This document shows positions 27,960 through 36,402 of a stretch of 64,000 nucleotides of DNA, piece by piece. The stretch is taken from the IMG/VR virus record IMGVR_UViG_3300044613_003178; one strand, given 5' to 3'. Below the pieces are notes generated by a model. The model was given only the letters and a program-made list of their open reading frames with translations. It searched no databases and was not told where the DNA came from. A program made the translations under genes and the position numbers. The DNA is from a virus. Each line of letters begins with the position of its first letter. Positions within the stretch are counted from its first letter, which is position 1.

Positions 27960-27967
27960 TATTTATA
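27960..27967 (-). promoter_or_regulatory. Late promoter TATAAATA for gp3, leaderless geometry
   Basis: Exact T4 consensus followed by 5 nt (CTTGT) and the ATG. Confidence 0.8.
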
Positions 27968-27976
27968 GAAATGATA

Positions 27977-28000
27977 AGGGGAGGTCTTTCGACCTCCCCT
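27977..28000 (-). terminator. Intrinsic terminator/hairpin after gp23
   Basis: Perfect 10-bp stem AGGGGAGGTC-GAAA-GACCTCCCCT followed by TATCATTT (weak U tract). Confidence 0.85.
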
Positions 28001-28022
28001 CTCGTTCAGAAACTAGATTCTA

Positions 28023-29495
28023 TCATGTACCACCGTAACTTGCATCGTTACCGTGTAGGTTGTCTACGCGGAAAATGCGGTAGTATTGGTTTCTTCTGCG
28101 TTGTAGTCTCATTGCGTCTGGGCTGTTGTCTGAACCTAGAACGAATGGGTTGCTTACGATACCGTAACGAGTCTTGAAACCAATCTTTGGTTGGAAGGTA
28201 CTTGTATCAACTGCTCTTACCATTTGTAGAGGTACATATGGGCAGTAGAAGATACCTGCGTCGTATGGGCTTGTACCCTTATAACCTACGCAAACATAAT
28301 TGATTGGACTCCATGTGTCAACATGTGTTGGCATTGAGTATGGATCAATGTAAACCTTAATCTTACCACCTGAGATGGTTCCTGCGAGGGTGTTACCATT
28401 GACATCAGTATTCATTGCACTGTTGAATGCTGGGCTGAAGTCAAGGATACCACTCATTGCGAGGGCTGAAGCAACATCTGGGCTTACGATTGCCATGTTT
28501 GCACGACCTCTACGAGTCTCTGAACCAATAACATTTGCTTCACGCTCGATTTGGAATTGTAGACCACGGAACTTCTCAGCACTCCAACGACCGTCTGAGT
28601 CCTTCTCTAGATCGTAAACACCGCCGGTTGTTGAACCGAGAACTGCAACTGATTTTGCAGCAAGATCTGCTTGTTGAGCACCGAGCTTAGCAACATCATA
28701 AACTAGTCTTACTAGTTCACGGTTGATTTCAAACATGATCTCGGTTGAGAGGATGTTTGCGAGTTCGGTTTCAGCATCTAGACCGTGAACTGCCTTGAGG
28801 TCTTGTGCCATTTCGATGGTGTACTCTGCCTTTAGAGCGCGAGTCTTTGCTTCAACTGCTGTCTTCTCGATTGTGAATGACATTTCATTGAAACCGTATG
28901 TACCACCATTTACAGATGCTCCACCACCAAGGTTTTCACCAATACTGGTTGACATACCACGACCTGGCTCAAAAGAACCGTCTGTGTTGCCTATATCATC
29001 AGAAAAGAGGTTACCCATTGTACCTTGTTGAGTACCAGCACCTGATCCTGTTTTACCAGAAACGCTACTGCTGTTACCGAAACCTGTATCTGCTTCGCCG
29101 AAGAGTGCTTCTGCACCACTTCTTAGACCTGTGGAATCAGCTGCACCACCGTAACGACTCTTCATTGCGAAGATGAGTCCGGTTGGACCGGTCATTGGTT
29201 GAACACCAGCGATGTCGTATGCCATTAGATTTGGCATTGCACGGCGAACGAGGCTGATGAGGATTGGATCGAATGAATCAATACCAGTTGTTGTGCCTGC
29301 ACCTGCGTTTGCTGTACCTAGTTGTGTACCTAGAATGCCTTGTGCTTCTCTTAGGCATTGTTCTTGGTTCTCTAGGAGAACTGTGGTGACATGCTTTCTG
29401 TAATTGTCTTTGATTTCTGGAAGTGCCTTGTGCTCAAGGATTGGCTTCCATTTGTTCTTTGTTGATTCTGAAAGTAATTGACGAGTGGGGTCCAT
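28023..29495 (-). CDS. gp23: Major capsid protein (gp23-like)
   Basis: FDPILISLVRRAMPNL.AYDIAGVQPMTGPTGLIFAM, ELANILSTEI..EINRE, FYCPYVPLQM, FQPKIGFKTRYG. Confidence 0.99.
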   Translation of the reverse strand: MDPTRQLLSESTKNKWKPILEHKALPEIKDNYRKHVTTVLLENQEQCLREAQGILGTQLGTANAGAGTTTGIDSFDPILISLVRRAMPNLMAYDIAGVQPMTGPTGLIFAMKSRYGGAADSTGLRSGAEALFGEADTGFGNSSSVSGKTGSGAGTQQGTMGNLFSDDIGNTDGSFEPGRGMSTSIGENLGGGASVNGGTYGFNEMSFTIEKTAVEAKTRALKAEYTIEMAQDLKAVHGLDAETELANILSTEIMFEINRELVRLVYDVAKLGAQQADLAAKSVAVLGSTTGGVYDLEKDSDGRWSAEKFRGLQFQIEREANVIGSETRRGRANMAIVSPDVASALAMSGILDFSPAFNSAMNTDVNGNTLAGTISGGKIKVYIDPYSMPTHVDTWSPINYVCVGYKGTSPYDAGIFYCPYVPLQMVRAVDTSTFQPKIGFKTRYGIVSNPFVLGSDNSPDAMRLQRRRNQYYRIFRVDNLHGNDASYGGT

Positions 29496-29526
29496 TTTTT
29501 TCTAGCTCCTTTTTAGAATTCTATTT

Positions 29527-29534
29527 TATATATA
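29527..29534 (-). promoter_or_regulatory. Candidate late promoter TATATATA upstream of gp23
   Basis: One mismatch to consensus, in the intergenic gap before the AAGGAG SD; AT-rich context weakens the call. Confidence 0.5.
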
Positions 29535-29551
29535 ATTTTAATTTTTTAGAC

Positions 29552-30688
29552 TTAACCTTCGAGTGTTCTTCCGAGGACATTAGCGTATAACTTAATGCTC
29601 TCGTTTACGAATTGTTGTTCTTCGTTTGAGTGAGTTTCTTCCATCAAATTGTCGATTACAGCACCGACTTGGGTGTTTTCTGCTGTTTTCTCGACCTTTG
29701 CTGGAGCAGCCTTAGCCTTTGAATAGTTCTCAACAAGAACCTTTACCTTTGAGCGGAAATCCTCTACACTTGAGAATTCTACATTCTCAGCGAGTTTTCT
29801 TAGGTTTTCTGCATCAATTGCCTTTAGGCTCTTTGTTTCCTCTTCAAATGCTGCTGTTGCTTCTAGTAATGCAACCTTCTCACGGAGAGATACATTATTT
29901 GCAATCTCTTCGTTTACACGGGTTTCTAGAGTTTCAATTGCAGTTGTCATTTCATCAAAAATATTTGTCTTATCTTGTGGAACTTCAATGTAGGATTCTA
30001 CAAAGAGATTCTTTAGACCTTCAATAAAGTTTTCTGCAATCTCTGTACGAAGACCATTATCGACGGCAAGTTGATTTTCTGTTACCCATTCTTCTACGAC
30101 ATATGATAGGTAATCGTTAATCTTGTTTTCTAATTCTTCAGCAACAATCATAGTTTGCTCTGCAAGTTTCTCTTCGAAGAGATTTGCCATTTGCTCTGTG
30201 ATTGTTTGTAGATTTGTGTTTAGTGAAGCCTCATAGAGTGATGATGCCTTCTCGACAAACTCTTCTGATACATCAGCACCAAAGAGTGTCTTAACATCCT
30301 CTTGAACCTTTGCCTTGTTTAGTGCTGGCATTTGAACACCAGCAAATGATGGCTTCATGTTTAATGTTGCTTGGTTTGCTTCTGCTGAAACATTGGTTGC
30401 TTCAAATTCTTGTGGTTGACCTACACCTGGGAATGGTTGAACACCCTTACCTGATGCGTCAAATGTACCTTTGCCAGAAGTTGATCCTGCTGGAGCAGAA
30501 GACTTCATATTAAGAGTATTTGCAAGTGGTGTCTTACCTTCTTGCTCACTTTCGTTGTTGTTTTCTTCTTCGCCTTCTTCTTCTTCGCCTTCCTCTTCCT
30601 CTTCTTCAGTTTCTTGCTCTTCTACGAGCTCTTCTTGTTGTGGAAAGAGTTGGTTTAGAATTTCTTCTGCTAGTTTCTTTGGATCCAT
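29552..30688 (-). CDS. gp22: Prohead core scaffold (gp22-like)
   Basis: Acidic; SEEF.EKA..L.EA, DYLSYVVEEW..EN.LA...GLRTEIAE.FI.GLK.LF.E.YI.VP. Confidence 0.93.
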   Translation of the reverse strand: MDPKKLAEEILNQLFPQQEELVEEQETEEEEEEGEEEEGEEENNNESEQEGKTPLANTLNMKSSAPAGSTSGKGTFDASGKGVQPFPGVGQPQEFEATNVSAEANQATLNMKPSFAGVQMPALNKAKVQEDVKTLFGADVSEEFVEKASSLYEASLNTNLQTITEQMANLFEEKLAEQTMIVAEELENKINDYLSYVVEEWVTENQLAVDNGLRTEIAENFIEGLKNLFVESYIEVPQDKTNIFDEMTTAIETLETRVNEEIANNVSLREKVALLEATAAFEEETKSLKAIDAENLRKLAENVEFSSVEDFRSKVKVLVENYSKAKAAPAKVEKTAENTQVGAVIDNLMEETHSNEEQQFVNESIKLYANVLGRTLEG

Positions 30689-30723
30689 TTTGATAATCTC
30701 CTTGATCGATCTTTGTCTGTTTT

Positions 30724-30731
30724 TATTTATA
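30724..30731 (-). promoter_or_regulatory. Late promoter TATAAATA upstream of gp22
   Basis: Exact consensus overlapping the gp21 stop codon. Confidence 0.75.
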
Positions 30732-31383
30732 ATTCTTTAATCTTTGACAAGAAATGTTCGAATATCTTTAATTGTGTTTGTTCTAGATCTTTTCTAGAAG
30801 TATTCATCATCGCTTTTTTATAATTTGATATTTGAACTTCTTGCATAATTCCGTTATTCCAGACCCATTCCTTACCTTCCATGATACCATTAACGAAAGC
30901 ACCTGGGGCTGATGGATCTGCAACAATGTCTACTGCTGCAAGCATAAAGTCTTCTTGAACATGGTTTACACCTTGAAATTCTCTCAAAGAACCCATACCA
31001 CGGCTTGAAACACCTAATTTTGCACCTTCTTCAATAAGACTGCTTGCGATCTTACCCATTGGAGTATTTGTTAAAATTTTAGCCTTACCTTCGCAAACAT
31101 TACCACTGAATGTTAGATCTTTAATTAAATGTGAAACTTTATCAAGATTTACAGTTGGTCCTTCTGGATGTCCTAGTTCACCGAATGCTCTGCCTTCTTT
31201 TACATAATTTTGCATGTATTTTTTAACAGCACCTTCGAGTATTTTTTGTGAATAAACTCTACCATTACGGTTTTGTTCTTCAGCAACCATGTAAGGACCA
31301 ACGATAAAAAGTGACTTTTTACCGTCTTCTGCTGCTTCGGTTACATACTTAACATCTTGAACTGTTTCTGTGATTAGTTTCAT
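30727..31383 (-). CDS. gp21: Prohead protease (gp21-like)
   Basis: NRNGRVY, GELGHPEGPTVNL, LGVSSRGMGSL, DIVADPSAP.AFV.GIMEGKEW. Confidence 0.97.
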   Translation of the reverse strand: MKLITETVQDVKYVTEAAEDGKKSLFIVGPYMVAEEQNRNGRVYSQKILEGAVKKYMQNYVKEGRAFGELGHPEGPTVNLDKVSHLIKDLTFSGNVCEGKAKILTNTPMGKIASSLIEEGAKLGVSSRGMGSLREFQGVNHVQEDFMLAAVDIVADPSAPGAFVNGIMEGKEWVWNNGIMQEVQISNYKKAMMNTSRKDLEQTQLKIFEHFLSKIKEL

Positions 31384-31386
31384 TGA

Positions 31387-31575
31387 TTATTCCTCTGTTT
31401 CTTCTACTTCCTCTACTTCGTCAGCCTCTTGTTCGGGTGTTGAGTAGAGATTGTTTGCAATTTCTGTTTTTCTTTCTTCAAAACTCTCACCTGCTCTTTG
31501 ATAGAGAGTATTGAAAATTTCTTGTCTGAAACCATCCAAATCACCATTCAATAATTTATTAATAAAATCGCTCAT
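31387..31575 (-). CDS. Small acidic prohead core protein (gp67-like)
   Basis: 62 aa, acidic C-terminus, immediately upstream of gp21. Confidence 0.65.
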   Translation of the reverse strand: MSDFINKLLNGDLDGFRQEIFNTLYQRAGESFEERKTEIANNLYSTPEQEADEVEEVEETEE

Positions 31576-31621
31576 ATTTTAATCCTTTATCTTATATATT
31601 AAAAATAATTTTTAGTGTTTA

Positions 31622-33367
31622 TTAACCAAAAAGGTTAGATTGACATGGGACAAACTCACTTCCTGGTCCACCAGTACCATCTGAAGCAGGTGTTTTTGAA
31701 AGATATGAAGTAGTTTCCGAACAACAAACAGGAACATAATCACCTTTTTCTTGTCTATCTTCTGCATCACATATTAGTGTAGCAAGACCAAAACACCCAG
31801 GTTGTCCTGAACTCAAATTACACTCTGATTCAGATTTATTTCTTGATGCACCATGAGAATAATAATATGGATTTGGATTATTTTCTGCACATGGTAATTG
31901 GCATTGATATAGTTCATAGCATGTAGGAAGATTAGAACAATCACAATCTGTTATAAATTTTGGATATTGTGCTACCAATTCTCCTTCTCCAGAACAATTA
32001 TCATAATATTCATAATGACCAACTTGAATCAGTTCTCCTGGACATGAAGTTTTTAATGAGCCACTATTGCATGGTATGGTTCCGATGCCATTTGCACTTT
32101 CACCTGATTGTGGACCGTCGCAACTACTACTCCAAGAACATGTCGATGGAATTGTTGGATCACCACAGTTATTGTCATTTCTAAAACCACCATCCGGAAT
32201 ACTATCGTCCCAAAAATTATTCCATGTAAATCCACCAGAACCCCATGAAGATCCATCCCAAATTGGCGAATCTCTTACTACAATTTTTCCATATGAAACC
32301 TGGCAACAACTTGGTCCATCATTTTGTTCTACAAGTTTTGAAAGACATGCACCGCAATTCTCAATAACTTGGTCTATGAATAAAGGTGGATCATCAAATC
32401 TTCCAACATCAATGTTGCCTCCAAGAGAACCTGCAAGTGAATAACTGTTTTGTATAACGCTTGTAGTTGGTGCTAGGTAACATTCTCCTTGAGATAAAAT
32501 ACTTTTTCCACCAAAATCACCCTCTATTGCTTTCTTTTCCCAATTTGAATTTGCACCTTCTTTTGGTTGATATTCTTCATCCTCACATACTTCTGGTTTT
32601 GGTTGACTTACTAAACAACTTCTAGCATCTTCTAATATGGTAAATGGTCTACCACAACCAACATAATCGCTATCTGAAGGATTACCGGCATTGGCTGTTA
32701 ATCCACTCAAAGGATTACCCGATAGTAAAGGAAAACTTCCACCATTTGGAGTTAACCCTGCTAATAAAATTTGAACAGGATCATATACTTGGTAATTAGA
32801 ACCATTTATATTATAAACTAAACCAAAACCAGCGGAACCATGAGAATCAGTATCCCAACATCCACCAACTTCACCACCAGCACAATCAACCAAACATTGC
32901 CAACTTCCTTTTCCACATGGAGGTAAACCTAACCAATAACCAGATTTTGCCAAAAATTGTTTTAATTGTGATTGACCAGGATCTCCAGTTAACCAAGTAA
33001 TGTATTGGTTATAAGTTGTGACATCACTTACTCTTGTTGGTTTTGTGAATGTAGAATCAAAAAGATATCTACTTAAAAAATTCCACTGTGGACAACCGAA
33101 TGGTTTTGTATATGTGGTTTTTGTTCTTCTTGGTAAGCAGTCACCACATTGTGATACTTTTCCAGAAGTAAATGAAGATGTATAAAATTCAGAACAATCT
33201 AGATCTTGACATTTAGGAGTTTTTAAATTATAAACTCTATCTTTATGTTCTGATTGCAAGACACTATCAGTTATGATTTTTGGAGAAATTATAACTTCAT
33301 CTATACCAGAAACTCTGACAGAAAATCTTGGTGTTGTTAATTCTACTTGTAATAAATAGTCAAGCAT
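31622..33367 (-). CDS. Cysteine-rich hypothetical, probably virion, protein (581 aa)
   Basis: More than 30 Cys by manual count, including CC, CxC and CxxC; Gly/Ser/Pro rich; inserted in the head cluster. Confidence 0.8.
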   Translation of the reverse strand: MLDYLLQVELTTPRFSVRVSGIDEVIISPKIITDSVLQSEHKDRVYNLKTPKCQDLDCSEFYTSSFTSGKVSQCGDCLPRRTKTTYTKPFGCPQWNFLSRYLFDSTFTKPTRVSDVTTYNQYITWLTGDPGQSQLKQFLAKSGYWLGLPPCGKGSWQCLVDCAGGEVGGCWDTDSHGSAGFGLVYNINGSNYQVYDPVQILLAGLTPNGGSFPLLSGNPLSGLTANAGNPSDSDYVGCGRPFTILEDARSCLVSQPKPEVCEDEEYQPKEGANSNWEKKAIEGDFGGKSILSQGECYLAPTTSVIQNSYSLAGSLGGNIDVGRFDDPPLFIDQVIENCGACLSKLVEQNDGPSCCQVSYGKIVVRDSPIWDGSSWGSGGFTWNNFWDDSIPDGGFRNDNNCGDPTIPSTCSWSSSCDGPQSGESANGIGTIPCNSGSLKTSCPGELIQVGHYEYYDNCSGEGELVAQYPKFITDCDCSNLPTCYELYQCQLPCAENNPNPYYYSHGASRNKSESECNLSSGQPGCFGLATLICDAEDRQEKGDYVPVCCSETTSYLSKTPASDGTGGPGSEFVPCQSNLFG

Positions 33368-33413
33368 TTATATTATTATCCTGAAAAAACAATCACTAGA
33401 ATTACATCGTATG

Positions 33414-33941
33414 TTATCTTGTTATATTTGGTGTTACTACAAATCTTCCTTGCATTATTCGATAAACAATAGCATTTGGATGGTCAATAATGTCTTGAGA
33501 GAATAATATTTCAATATCATATAAAAAATTACCATAGGGTATTTTTCCCATAACATCTGCGCTTATTGTTATTATTATATTTGGTTGATCTTGTTTATTT
33601 GTTGATGAATTCTTACCATCTTTAAGATCTATCTTAATATGTGAATAGTCAAGATCACTTTGCCCCCATAATGTTTCATCATCACCTTGTGTTGCTAAAC
33701 TGTTTTCTTCAACAAGGATTAAATCACCATCTACAGAATCTCTAACTTGCATACGAACATATGTTTTTATTGGTAATAAATTTCCATTTGAATCTTTTGG
33801 AAATTGGTCTTCATATCCTTCTATAATACTTGTTGGAGGATCTAATAAGTTTATGGAATTTTTATTGATATCCGTAAACTTTAATTTTAAACGAAAAGTA
33901 GATCCTTCGTCTGTTATGATATCATAATAGGCTGCTGACAT
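33414..33941 (-). CDS. Putative adaptor/anchor protein (BppU-N-like), paralog of 14833..15237
   Basis: YYDIITDEGSTFRL...RMQVR...ITISAD.M...YG...YDIE...R.MQGRFVVTPNITR; start ATG 33941 has a GGAGG SD. Confidence 0.75.
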   Translation of the reverse strand: MSAAYYDIITDEGSTFRLKLKFTDINKNSINLLDPPTSIIEGYEDQFPKDSNGNLLPIKTYVRMQVRDSVDGDLILVEENSLATQGDDETLWGQSDLDYSHIKIDLKDGKNSSTNKQDQPNIIITISADVMGKIPYGNFLYDIEILFSQDIIDHPNAIVYRIMQGRFVVTPNITR

Positions 33942-35550
33942 CGAATGTTTTACCTCCTGTTGTATCACCTGTTTGTGATGCTGCAGTATTTATAGCACCA
34001 CCAGAGGTATCAACATTTTGATCTTGTTGTGCAACTTCTTGACCAGCACTTTGTGACTGTGAAGCCATAACAGCTTCTTGTTGTTTTTCTAATTGTTGTA
34101 CTTGTTCTTCTTGTATTTCAGAATCTATTTGTTGAATTTCGAGATCAGTTTGACGGAGAAGATTCTTTCTTAGCCATCTATCCGAATAAAACTTACCAGA
34201 GTAATCTGCAGCATCACGGAGAATAGCAATTCTATCTCTTAAGATTTCTGCTTGCTTCGATTCTGCAAAATATGAATCAGTAGCATATTTAAAATTTATC
34301 TTTTGATAAATTTGATCCCAGTCTTGTTGACTCATTACTTGTCGAGATAATAATTGTACTCTTAAGAAATTTAAGAACATTTCACTGAATTTCATTCTTA
34401 GTTTGTTTATAAATTTAGCAAACTTTAATTCATCTCTTGAAATTTCTGAAGCACGACCCATATTGAATCCGGTATTTGCTTCAATGCGAGACTCTGGAAT
34501 ATTGAGTGCTTTCAATAATTTCTTTTGGAAGTACATTACATCTGCCATCTCTCCTAAGTTTTGTCCACCAGGAAGAGTGGAAATTTCTGTGCCACGACCA
34601 CCTTCTCTACGAGGTAGCCAATAATCTTCCAACATGCTCATGTGTTTACGATCATCACGGAGTTCTCCGGTATTTGCATCGTAAACAAGTTTATTGCGGA
34701 AACGATTCATTTGATCACGCATGTATTGCTCTGCTTTGTTCTTGGGTAAAGAACCGACATCGATATAGAATACACGACGCTCTGGAGCACGCGACCAACG
34801 ATAAATGACTGTAGCATCTTCAACCATTCTCAACTGATTGAGTGGTTTAATTGCTTTGTGTAGATAACCAATGATTCTCTTACTTGAATAATCATACAAA
34901 CCAGAATTCACATAATTGATTGAATCTGTTGATATTTTCAATCCCTTTGTATCATATGGATTTAATTTTTCATAGTTTGAGAAAACATAATATTCTCTAA
35001 CATCTTCAATGATAGGAACATTTCCAAGTTTTGTATTTCTTTTTACTTCACGAATCTTCTTAATCAAAAGAGGATCAATAACACGAACTTCTTTCAAACC
35101 TTCAGTTGGATCATCGTTCAATATGTGATGGAAGTACAATCTACCATCAATATACCATTTACGGAAAAGTTCATGTGCTTTCTTATTGAAGTTTAATAAT
35201 TGAAGAATTGTTCCAAACTCTTCATTTATAATTTGTTTAATTTCTTCTGGTACTTGAACTTTATCAAGATCAAGTTCGACAATTGATCCTTTAGCATCTT
35301 CAGTTATTGCTTCATTGACAATATCATCAATTGCTTGATCGAGTTCAGCATGAAGGCTCATTTCACGGTATTTTCTAACTAGATCAACATCTGCCTTTAA
35401 AGTACCATCCAAGTCAATGTAAAATCCTTGAAACCCACCTGCTTCAACAACGGATGCACCGTCGTCAAAATTCTTGGGTACAAAGGATTCTACCTTTTCT
35501 GGTTCCTTATCTTTTTTGCCAAATGTAAATCCAAATAGTTCAAATGCCAT
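33922..35550 (-). CDS. gp20: Portal vertex protein (gp20-like)
   Basis: AIDDIVNEA, FRKWYIDGR, YLHKAIKPLNQLRM.ED, RAPERRVFYIDVG, EDYWLPRREGGRGTEI.TLPGG. Confidence 0.98.
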   Translation of the reverse strand: MAFELFGFTFGKKDKEPEKVESFVPKNFDDGASVVEAGGFQGFYIDLDGTLKADVDLVRKYREMSLHAELDQAIDDIVNEAITEDAKGSIVELDLDKVQVPEEIKQIINEEFGTILQLLNFNKKAHELFRKWYIDGRLYFHHILNDDPTEGLKEVRVIDPLLIKKIREVKRNTKLGNVPIIEDVREYYVFSNYEKLNPYDTKGLKISTDSINYVNSGLYDYSSKRIIGYLHKAIKPLNQLRMVEDATVIYRWSRAPERRVFYIDVGSLPKNKAEQYMRDQMNRFRNKLVYDANTGELRDDRKHMSMLEDYWLPRREGGRGTEISTLPGGQNLGEMADVMYFQKKLLKALNIPESRIEANTGFNMGRASEISRDELKFAKFINKLRMKFSEMFLNFLRVQLLSRQVMSQQDWDQIYQKINFKYATDSYFAESKQAEILRDRIAILRDAADYSGKFYSDRWLRKNLLRQTDLEIQQIDSEIQEEQVQQLEKQQEAVMASQSQSAGQEVAQQDQNVDTSGGAINTAASQTGDTTGGKTFDVSSLL

Positions 35551-35585
35551 AATAAAGATCCTTTTTTATAAAGTACTGATTAATT

Positions 35586-36356
35586 TCAGCTACGGCTTGT
35601 ACCGATACCAAAGCTGAAGTTTCCAGTATTTATACCGAATGCTGTGGAGTTCTTGCCACCACCTGCACCCACTGCTACACCTGCGCCACCTGAGCCAACT
35701 GCTACACCTGCTCCTGTGCCGTAACCACCACCAAATCCACCGCCAGCAAATCCTGGGATACCGAATCCTGCTGCACCAGCACCTGCTATTGCACCTGGTC
35801 CGATTGCGCCTGGTAAGCCAACTCCATTTACTTGGAATGGTGATGAACTTGTGATGAAATATGAATATTTGAAAGTTACTTGGAAATCAGATACTGTATC
35901 GTTTTGATCATATCCTAATTGGACAGATGCAATGTTTTCTGGCCAAACATCGAAGAATTGATACCACTTAACTACTTGGTAATTTCTTGATAATTGTGCT
36001 ACTGTAGCAGAACCAAATGCTGCTCTTGGATTTGGATATGCTGTAGCATTACCTGCATATGAATTAAATAATTCGTTCCAATATTCAAATGCATTTCTTA
36101 GTGACATTCCTTGATCGTTGATAACATCGATTGTCCAATCTTCGAATTGACGATCTCCTGGATACTTTGCCATACGACCTAAGTATGGAACATTTACTTC
36201 ACCAAGAATTGATGAAGGTAATGTTGCTGCTTTGCAGAAGAATTGTAATTGTGGTAAAGCACCAATCTGTGGACTTGTCATAGTTACAGAGTACAAATTT
36301 GGTCTTGAACCGCCGTCGAAGGCTGACATGAATGAATTAATTGATGAGTCTGCCAT
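35586..36356 (-). CDS. gp19: Tail tube protein (gp19-like) with Gly-rich C-terminal extension
   Basis: GGSRPNLY, FFCKAATLP, V.YLGR..K..GDR.FEDW, R.AFE.W, FQVTF.Y. Confidence 0.93.
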   Translation of the reverse strand: MADSSINSFMSAFDGGSRPNLYSVTMTSPQIGALPQLQFFCKAATLPSSILGEVNVPYLGRMAKYPGDRQFEDWTIDVINDQGMSLRNAFEYWNELFNSYAGNATAYPNPRAAFGSATVAQLSRNYQVVKWYQFFDVWPENIASVQLGYDQNDTVSDFQVTFKYSYFITSSSPFQVNGVGLPGAIGPGAIAGAGAAGFGIPGFAGGGFGGGYGTGAGVAVGSGGAGVAVGAGGGKNSTAFGINTGNFSFGIGTSRS

Positions 36357-36381
36357 TTATTTGCTCCTTGATTTTCCTCTT

Positions 36382-36389
36382 TATTTATA
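36382..36389 (-). promoter_or_regulatory. Late promoter TATAAATA upstream of gp19
   Basis: Exact consensus in the gp18-gp19 gap. Confidence 0.78.
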
Positions 36390-36402
36390 CTCTTTTTTTA
36401 AA

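Noticed and set aside
35586-35850. Collagen-like repeats in the Gly-rich regions
   Set aside because: No sustained Gly-X-Y periodicity in the gp19 tail or in the adhesin paralogs.
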